Source of the DNA: a virus
Lineage: Duplodnaviria > Heunggongvirae > Uroviricota > Caudoviricetes
IMG/VR virus record: IMGVR_UViG_3300014204_006651
Coordinates: 1-16,415 of that record
Direction: 5' to 3' (one strand)
Length of the DNA: 16,415 bases
The notes beneath the pieces are model-generated. The model searched no databases and was not told where the DNA came from. It saw only the letters and a program-made list of their open reading frames with translations. This document shows positions 1 through 5,952 of this stretch, piece after piece; position 1 is the first letter of the stretch; each line of letters begins with the position of its first letter. Made by a program: the position numbers and the translations under genes.

Positions 1-396
1 AAAATATTGGTTGGGGGTGGTTTTACCACATATTCAGGAGTTAGTGCAAATTATATTATTCGATTAAACACTGATGGTAGTATTGATAATACTTTTAATT
101 CTGGTAGTGGATTTGATAATGATATTTATTCAGTTGCAATACAATCAGACAATAAAATTTTAATTGGTGGTAACTTTACCACATATTCAGGAGTTAGTGC
201 AAATCATTTTATTCGATTAAACACTGACGGTAGTATTGATAATACTTTTAATACTGGTAGTGGATTTAATTTTAATGTTAATTCAATAACAATACGATCA
301 GACAATAAGATATTAGCTGGTGGATATTTTACCACATATTCAGGTGTTAGTGCAAATCATTTTATTCGATTAAATTCTGACGGTAGTATTGATACT
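1..396 (+). repeat. Delta-60 (DUF5122-like) repeats, 153-nt/51-aa period, about 2.6 copies visible
   Basis: ACCACATATTCAGG starts at 25, 178 and 331 (period 153). Each unit begins with Lys at 1, 154 and 307. Nucleotide identity between units is high. Confidence 0.9.
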
Positions 397-2496
397 CAAC
401 AATATAATTATAGTTTTGAATTTAATAATGATACATTATCAGTTCCAAACTTAATCACTTCTGGATTTACTTTATCTAATGGTAGTCAAGGAGATGGATA
501 TTTATTAGGATCAGATATTAATGGAAATGCTTCATGGATAAGTATTTCAGGATTAACTGGTACTACAATAAATGCAACGAATGGATTGTCAATTGTTGGA
601 AATGATGTTGTTTTAGGTGGTACATTAACTGATGAAACAATAATTGATGTAGTATCATATGGTTTTAATTTAAGTGATGATATTGGTAATAATTATTTTG
701 GTCATTATTCTGGATGGACAGGAATATTTCATTATGATGGTATTAATTCTTCTGGTTTTGATAGTTATGCTTGTGGTTGTATTCAGATAGCAAATGAATT
801 TAATAATTATATTAATATTATTACAATGGGTGGTGATTTTAATAAAGGTATTTGTCTTTATTCATATTTTTCAGGTTGTCTTGATACTTATATAAATATT
901 TTATCTGGTAGTACATTATTTGGTAGTGGTATCCCAACATATGTTGGTGCACAATATGATAATGATTATTCATCTAATTTTGTTGATAGATCATTAATAG
1001 ATAAAGGATATTTAATATCACAAATTTCAGGATTAACTATTAATGCAACAAATGGATTGACATTAATTGATAGTAATGTTGTTTTAGGTGGTACTTTAAC
1101 TGATGTAACTACTATTGATACTGCAACAAATAATTTTATTATTTCTGGTGATACCAATATGATTATTGATATTAATGGAAGTGAAATTAGTATTGGTGAT
1201 TATAATGGTGATGGAAATCATAACATTTATATTGATTCAACAATAGCTGGAATGTATCAAGATGATGGTGCTGATAGTGGTGGTGTTGAGGTTACTTTTG
1301 GTTGTTCAGTTATTTCTACAACAAAAAATAATGCAACATATAGCGTCAATTTAGGAGGTCTTAATGAAATAGCAAGAATAAGTGCTACATCTGGAAGTAC
1401 TCAAAGTGCTTTATGTATAAAGTATAATGAGATGATATTTAGTACAATAAGTCCTATTAATTTTCAAGGTGTTAAATATGATAATGATTATTCATCTAAT
1501 TTTGTTGCACGTAGTATTCCTGATGTAGCATGGGTAACTGGATTAACAATAACAGCAAATAATGGTTTAACTAAAATTGGTCAAAATGTAGTTCTTGGTG
1601 GTACATTAACTGGTGATACAACTATTAATACTAACGATAATACTTTTTCGATTTTTGATTCAAATTCATTTGGTGCTGTTTTTACACCAAATAGTGTTAT
1701 ATTGGGTGATTATAATGATGAATATCATGCAATTTATATGCTAAATACTCATATTGATTTATATTCACAAGATATTTCAACTGGTGATTGTTCATCTGAA
1801 GTTGCAATTTGTGAAGATAGTTTATTTTTTGGGTCATCAATATTATCATGTATTAATAATAATGGTTGTTTTAATTGTAGTGGTATATTATTTAATAGTA
1901 ATAATTATAATACAGATTCTTCTTCATTATATTTAAATAATAATGGAGTTATTTGTTTACAAGGTTCATCCACATCACATTTTATTTGTATGGATAGTAC
2001 AAATGATACGATTGAATTAACTACATTTAACGGTGGAAATATTTATTTAAGTGGTGATAGTGTTTCATTTAATGGAACATTGAAAATTTTATTATATCCC
2101 GTAAATGGTACATTAAATGATTCAGTACTTACTTGGAATGCAACAGATTTTCAGATTAAAAAAATAGATTTAAATAATATAATATTTAAAAATAATATAT
2201 ATTTATATAGTTCTATAACAACATCTGTCTTATTAACAACTGGTGATTCATATATAATTTTAGTGAATCCATCAACATCAATAACAATTACATTACCTTC
2301 AACACCATTAGATGGACAAGCATATAAAATAAAGGATATTAGTGGAACGGCATTAACAAATATAATAACAATTGATGCAAATGGTAGTACTATAGATGGA
2401 TCATCAACAGTGGCAATTAATACAAATTATGGTACAATTGAATTATTTTATACTAATAGTGTTGGAGCTTGGTCAATATTATCGTTTTTGTATTAA
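1..2496 (+). CDS. Large modular tail-fibre/adhesin-like virion protein, 5'-truncated (delta-60 beta-propeller repeats, repeated shaft modules, C-terminal beta-rich domain)
   Basis: Frame 1 is open from base 1 (AAA ATA TTG GTT = KILV), so the true start lies upstream of the window and the track start at 7 is an artefact. Contains D-G-S-I-D-x-x-F and Q-S-D-N-K-I-L-x-G-G repeats typical of delta-60/DUF5122 propellers, a GYLLGSDINGNASW linker, three NGL..VVLGGTL modules and a C-terminal ITITLP..DGQAYKIKD..G..W domain of the type seen at fibre C-termini. G/S/T/N-rich. Confidence 0.75.
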   Translation, partial: KILVGGGFTTYSGVSANYIIRLNTDGSIDNTFNSGSGFDNDIYSVAIQSDNKILIGGNFTTYSGVSANHFIRLNTDGSIDNTFNTGSGFNFNVNSITIRSDNKILAGGYFTTYSGVSANHFIRLNSDGSIDTQQYNYSFEFNNDTLSVPNLITSGFTLSNGSQGDGYLLGSDINGNASWISISGLTGTTINATNGLSIVGNDVVLGGTLTDETIIDVVSYGFNLSDDIGNNYFGHYSGWTGIFHYDGINSSGFDSYACGCIQIANEFNNYINIITMGGDFNKGICLYSYFSGCLDTYINILSGSTLFGSGIPTYVGAQYDNDYSSNFVDRSLIDKGYLISQISGLTINATNGLTLIDSNVVLGGTLTDVTTIDTATNNFIISGDTNMIIDINGSEISIGDYNGDGNHNIYIDSTIAGMYQDDGADSGGVEVTFGCSVISTTKNNATYSVNLGGLNEIARISATSGSTQSALCIKYNEMIFSTISPINFQGVKYDNDYSSNFVARSIPDVAWVTGLTITANNGLTKIGQNVVLGGTLTGDTTINTNDNTFSIFDSNSFGAVFTPNSVILGDYNDEYHAIYMLNTHIDLYSQDISTGDCSSEVAICEDSLFFGSSILSCINNNGCFNCSGILFNSNNYNTDSSSLYLNNNGVICLQGSSTSHFICMDSTNDTIELTTFNGGNIYLSGDSVSFNGTLKILLYPVNGTLNDSVLTWNATDFQIKKIDLNNIIFKNNIYLYSSITTSVLLTTGDSYIILVNPSTSITITLPSTPLDGQAYKIKDISGTALTNIITIDANGSTIDGSSTVAINTNYGTIELFYTNSVGAWSILSFLY
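565..1626 (+). repeat. Three dispersed 27-aa shaft modules (565-645, 1036-1116, 1546-1626) plus an identical 33-nt direct repeat (953-985, 1475-1507)
   Basis: TINATNGLSIVGNDVVLGGTLTDETII / TINATNGLTLIDSNVVLGGTLTDVTTI / TITANNGLTKIGQNVVLGGTLTGDTTI. AATATGATAATGATTATTCATCTAATTTTGTTG occurs twice exactly. Confidence 0.9.
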
Positions 2497-2521
2497 ATTT
2501 AAAGTCTTTTTAAGATTAATT

Positions 2522-2536
2522 AGTATTTATAATAAA
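2522..2536 (+). promoter_or_regulatory. Candidate phage late promoter motif AGTATTTATAATAAA
   Basis: Intergenic, 46 nt upstream of ATG 2583. The same motif recurs at 3490, 4243, 12870 and 15474. Confidence 0.6.
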
Positions 2537-2582
2537 TTATAAAAATTTATCTTTTATTATAAATAAAAACTATTTAATTAAT

Positions 2583-3491
2583 ATGAATGATGATAAAATA
2601 AATGAAAATGATAAATATATTATTTTTCATTGTGAAGGTGGGCATGGAAAACAAGTGATGGCTACGGCAGTTTGCCGTGCAATAAAAAAAGAATATCCTG
2701 ATCGAAAATTAATTGTTGTGACCTCTTGGGACGGACCTTTCTTTTATAATCCGGATGTTTGGCGTTTTTATACTTTTGGACAAATGCAATATTTTTTTAC
2801 TGATTTTATTAAATTAGATACAAAAATATTTAGACAAGAAGTATATCATACTGAAGATCATATTTTACAAAGAAAACATTTAACACAATCTTGGTGTGAT
2901 ATGTATAATATTCCATATGATGGATATAAACCAATAATTCATTTAAATCCAAGGGAGATTGAAATAGCAAAAGATAAAATAAAACCAGATAATAGACCAA
3001 TTATGCTATTACAAACACATGGTGGATCACCACAGGGTCAATATTCTAAGAAATCTTGGTTTAGGGATATACCAATTGAAATTGCTCAAAAACTTGTAAA
3101 TTATTTTAATAAATCATATCGTATTTTACATATAAAATCACCAGAACAACCCACATTACAAGGTGTTGAAATGTTAAATTTACCATATCGAGAATTATAT
3201 GCAGTATTTCCATTAAGTACAAAAAGATTATTTATTGATAGTTTTGCTCAACATGTAGCTGCTGCGTTGGATTTGCAAAGTACAGTTGTTTGGATTGGAA
3301 ATAAACCTGAAGTATTTGGATATCCTGAACATATTAATGTATTACCAAACGCAAATTATATAAGAGAATTAAATAAATTTAGTTATTTAGAACAATTCGA
3401 TATTTCTGGACAAATTCAACAATTTCCTTTTGATACAATTAATTTATTTGATATTAATAAAATTATTGAAGCAATAAATAAACAAAAATAG
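2583..3491 (+). CDS. GT9-like (LPS heptosyltransferase-like, GT-B fold) glycosyltransferase
   Basis: N-terminal GGHGKQVMATAVCRAIKKEYPDRKLIVV matches the GT9 G-x-G-D-x-x-x-x-T-x-x-x-x-x-x-K-x-x-Y/F-P pattern. C-terminal FIDSFAQHVAAALDLQSTVVW matches the GT9 D-S/T-G-x-x-H-x-A-x-A motif. Confidence 0.75.
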   Translation: MNDDKINENDKYIIFHCEGGHGKQVMATAVCRAIKKEYPDRKLIVVTSWDGPFFYNPDVWRFYTFGQMQYFFTDFIKLDTKIFRQEVYHTEDHILQRKHLTQSWCDMYNIPYDGYKPIIHLNPREIEIAKDKIKPDNRPIMLLQTHGGSPQGQYSKKSWFRDIPIEIAQKLVNYFNKSYRILHIKSPEQPTLQGVEMLNLPYRELYAVFPLSTKRLFIDSFAQHVAAALDLQSTVVWIGNKPEVFGYPEHINVLPNANYIRELNKFSYLEQFDISGQIQQFPFDTINLFDINKIIEAINKQK

Positions 3492-3504
3492 TATTTATAA
3501 TAAA
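3490..3504 (+). promoter_or_regulatory. Candidate phage late promoter motif AGTATTTATAATAAA
   Basis: Identical to the 2522 copy. Overlaps the TAG stop of the GT gene and ends 7 nt before ATG 3512. Confidence 0.6.
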
Positions 3505-3511
3505 AATATAT

Positions 3512-4222
3512 ATGTCATTTACAACAAAATTAAATTTAAATAACGAAAATTTTTTTCAAGAAAGTGGTGAAACTTTAACATTATCTGGAAATACATATGT
3601 TGGTTTAATAAAATATTTAAATGATATTAGTGCAGCTTTTGATGAATTTTCAATACCTAATGTTGGATATTTAACCGGAATAACAAACACTAAATTGAAT
3701 ATAAATAATTTTATTACTTATACTGGTACTACTGCTCCTAATACTTTTGTAAATAAATCATCTTTAAATACTTATACTGGTACTACTGCTCCTAATACTT
3801 TTGTAAATAAATCATCTTTAAATACTTATACTGGTGAAACAAATTCAATGTTAATTATTCCAACATTTTCTGCATCTGGAAATGGTTTTGATAGAACAAT
3901 AACAGTTACTTTTAAAAAGAAAAATGGTTCAATATTGGATGTTCAAAGAGTAACAGCATTTTGGTGGACAAGTACATCATCTTATGGTAATCCGGAATTT
4001 ATTGTTGGTGATAACCCATATACACCGTCAATAACTGCTGGTTATGCGTTTAATAGTGCAACTTTAAGTGCTTTAAATACTGTTTATACTGATAGTACAG
4101 CTAAATTTAGTGTTAGAATATTAACAATAAGTAGTGATACCTTACAAAATTTTTATTTAAATGTGTCAACACAAGGACAAGTATATTCATATGTTTCCAC
4201 AATCTATCAATATAATATTTAA
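3512..4222 (+). CDS. Putative virion fibre/structural protein
   Basis: T/N/S-rich with TYTGTT repeats. Shares a 25-aa module with the upstream fibre protein (13/25 ungapped identities) and has a beta-rich C-terminus. Lies behind the late motif. Confidence 0.6.
   Translation: MSFTTKLNLNNENFFQESGETLTLSGNTYVGLIKYLNDISAAFDEFSIPNVGYLTGITNTKLNINNFITYTGTTAPNTFVNKSSLNTYTGTTAPNTFVNKSSLNTYTGETNSMLIIPTFSASGNGFDRTITVTFKKKNGSILDVQRVTAFWWTSTSSYGNPEFIVGDNPYTPSITAGYAFNSATLSALNTVYTDSTAKFSVRILTISSDTLQNFYLNVSTQGQVYSYVSTIYQYNI
3715..3835 (+). repeat. Perfect 54-nt tandem repeat (about 2.2 copies; 18-aa unit TYTGTTAPNTFVNKSSLN)
   Basis: TACTTATACTGGT begins at 3715, 3769 and 3823. The two full units are identical and in frame. 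Confidence 0.95.
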
Positions 4223-4242
4223 TTAATAAATCAAAATTTTAT

Positions 4243-4257
4243 AGTATTTATGTTAAA
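4243..4257 (+). promoter_or_regulatory. Candidate phage late promoter motif AGTATTTATGTTAAA
   Basis: Matches AGTATTTATnnnAAA. It overlaps the track's ATG 4250, which favours ATG 4271 as the real start. Confidence 0.5.
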
Positions 4258-4270
4258 AGATATAATAAAA

Positions 4271-4657
4271 ATGGGTGAAATTTTTAAAGTAATTTTTGGA
4301 AACTACACTTGGTTACAACTATTTGGATATCTATGGTTTTTTCTTATTGGATATTGTATTTATTTTCTTACGGAAGTGATAAATAGAGATGTTCAAAATA
4401 TAAGTACTCCAAAAAAATGGAATTGGAAATTTTGGTTTCAAGATAATTGGCGTAGATATTTAATTACAATATTATGTACCTATGTTTTATTTAGATTTTC
4501 AAACGAAATAAATGGTCGACTTTTTAGTTATTTTGATGCTGTTACTCTTGGTTTAATTGGTGATGGTATTGCGGTAGCAGTAAAAAAGAGAATTAATATA
4601 ATTAGTGGTAATCGTGAAAAATTAATGGAAAGTTATAATGACGGAGAAAAGGGATAA
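4271..4657 (+). CDS. Small membrane protein with 2-3 predicted TM helices (holin-like, uncertain)
   Basis: Hydrophobic segments WLQLFGYLWFFLIGYCIYFL, YLITILCTYVLFRF and FSYFDAVTLGLIGDGIAVAV, with a charged C-terminal tail. Start could alternatively be 4250. Holin function is inference only. Confidence 0.5.
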   Translation: MGEIFKVIFGNYTWLQLFGYLWFFLIGYCIYFLTEVINRDVQNISTPKKWNWKFWFQDNWRRYLITILCTYVLFRFSNEINGRLFSYFDAVTLGLIGDGIAVAVKKRINIISGNREKLMESYNDGEKG

Positions 4658-4659
4658 TT

Positions 4660-5079
4660 ATGGACTATTCAACATTTAATTTAAATAATTTTTATATAAA
4701 AAAAAATAGTAGTTCTCCTGAACTAAAATTCCCATTAACACAACATATTAGAGAAAAATATGATATTAGTGATAATATGTTGGAAAATGTAGGGATTACT
4801 TTTTCTATGATTGATGCTGATACTGGTTTATATCGTATTGCTAATGTACCCGCAAGTCTTGTGATTAATAATAATAGACCTGAATATCCTGATGAAACAA
4901 AATATACACTCGTATATAAATTCAAATTAAATGACACAAAAAAAGTAGGAAGATTTCTTGGTGAATTTGTGGTAGATTTTTTAAATTTAGAAGCGGGATG
5001 CGGTAAGATAAATTTACCAGTAAATGGTTATATTAATATTATAATATCTGATTCATTAACTAAAACTACTGTCATTTAA
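4660..5079 (+). CDS. BppU N-terminal-like baseplate upper protein domain
   Basis: FYIKKNSSSPEL N-terminal motif and DTKKVGRFLGEFVVDF..G..KINLP...INIII C-terminal motif, characteristic of BppU_N-like domains. Structural context. Confidence 0.6.
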   Translation: MDYSTFNLNNFYIKKNSSSPELKFPLTQHIREKYDISDNMLENVGITFSMIDADTGLYRIANVPASLVINNNRPEYPDETKYTLVYKFKLNDTKKVGRFLGEFVVDFLNLEAGCGKINLPVNGYINIIISDSLTKTTVI

Positions 5080-5145
5080 CCAATTCCATGTAAGTTTTTT
5101 TATTATTTTAAAATAAATACTTTAAATTAGATTTTCTAAAGAATT

Positions 5146-5176
5146 TATTGTGGTAAATATAAACAAAACCACAGTA
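5146..5176. promoter_or_regulatory. Inverted repeat TATTGTGGT-N13-ACCACAGTA (operator or hairpin)
   Basis: 9-bp stem including one G-T pair. It is the most GC-rich element of the 140-nt intergenic region between the structural and replication blocks. Confidence 0.4.
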
Positions 5177-5219
5177 TATTAAAATTTTTTATTAATTTCG
5201 AATAAAATCATTTAGTTTT

Positions 5220-5567
5220 ATGAAAATTATTATTGCCGGAAGTAGAAGTTTTAATGATTATAAAAAACTTTGTTCTGTGTGTGATTATATGTTACAAAAT
5301 CAGAATGGAATCGAGATTGTTAGTGGAGTTGCTTTTGGTGCTGATAAACTTGGTGAATTATATGCAAAAGAACATGGATATCAAATAACACAATTTTTTG
5401 CTGAATGGGATAAATTTGGAAAATCTGCTGGTTATAAACGCAATGAAGAAATGGCAAAATATGCAGATGCTCTTATTGTGTTTTGGAATGGACAGTCTAA
5501 AGGTACTGAACATATGATTAATTTAGGAAAACAATACGGCTTAAAAATTAAAATCCATCGTTTTTAA
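5220..5567 (+). CDS. DUF2493 / YspA-related SLOG-superfamily nucleotide-binding protein
   Basis: KIIIAGSRSFNDY, IVSGVAFGAD, AEWDKFGKSAGYKRN, ADALIVFWNGQSKGTEHMI: the full motif set of this family. Confidence 0.85.
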   Translation: MKIIIAGSRSFNDYKKLCSVCDYMLQNQNGIEIVSGVAFGADKLGELYAKEHGYQITQFFAEWDKFGKSAGYKRNEEMAKYADALIVFWNGQSKGTEHMINLGKQYGLKIKIHRF

Positions 5568-5573
5568 AATTGA

Positions 5574-5604
5574 TTGACAATTTAAAATTTTTAACATATC
5601 TTTG
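5574..5604 (+). promoter_or_regulatory. Host-type (early/middle) promoter
   Basis: TTGACA (5574-5579), a 17-nt spacer and TATCTT (5597-5602) fit sigma70. TATCTTTG (5597-5604) also fits the Bacteroidota -7 consensus TAnnTTTG, with TTG ending 20 nt upstream. Confidence 0.7.
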
Positions 5605-5613
5605 TTTTTACTT

Positions 5614-5952
5614 ATGAATGGTAACTACAACAGCAAGAAAATGGTCAAGCAACAGGAAAATGGTCAAGCATTAGTTTTATTGAAAAAAATCAATAAATTA
5701 AAAACACAAAAACAACAAATCGAAGTTGAAATTCAGTTAACTCCTTTATATTTAAAAAAGGATAAAATCAGTAAAGAAATTGAGAAATGTGTGGAAGAAC
5801 TTCCTAAAATTTGCACACATAACAAAACAGATGTAATTGATACTTACGAGTCAGGAAGTTATTACAATACAGAAAAATATATTCATACAACTGTTTGTAC
5901 TATTTGTGGTGAAAATTTGCATCAAGATATAACACATGGTGGATATGGATGA
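5614..5952 (+). CDS. Hypothetical protein, coiled coil plus C-x-H...C-x-x-C putative Zn-ribbon
   Basis: ICTHNKT...VCTICGE. The track's TTG start at 5602 lies inside the promoter element, so ATG 5614 or 5641 is more likely. Confidence 0.55.
   Translation: MNGNYNSKKMVKQQENGQALVLLKKINKLKTQKQQIEVEIQLTPLYLKKDKISKEIEKCVEELPKICTHNKTDVIDTYESGSYYNTEKYIHTTVCTICGENLHQDITHGGYG

Noticed and set aside
1-396. Delta-60 repeats as template/variable repeats of a diversity-generating retroelement
   Set aside because: There is no reverse transcriptase in the window, all copies are in-frame coding units of one protein, and the differences did not appear restricted to adenines.
3489-3500. Stop-codon reassignment (TAG or TGA recoding)
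   Set aside because: Long genes are intact under the standard code and are not fragmented by TAG or TGA. The single TAG stop is followed by TAA three codons later, so it is uninformative. TAA is the dominant stop, so the polB TAA cannot reflect general recoding.
3715-3835. 54-nt repeat as a CRISPR array
   Set aside because: The units are directly adjacent with no spacers, are in frame inside a CDS, and no cas genes are present.
4271-4657. Firm holin/lysis cassette call
   Set aside because: TM helices are evident, but no endolysin or spanin is adjacent in the window, so it is kept only as a membrane protein with possible holin function.
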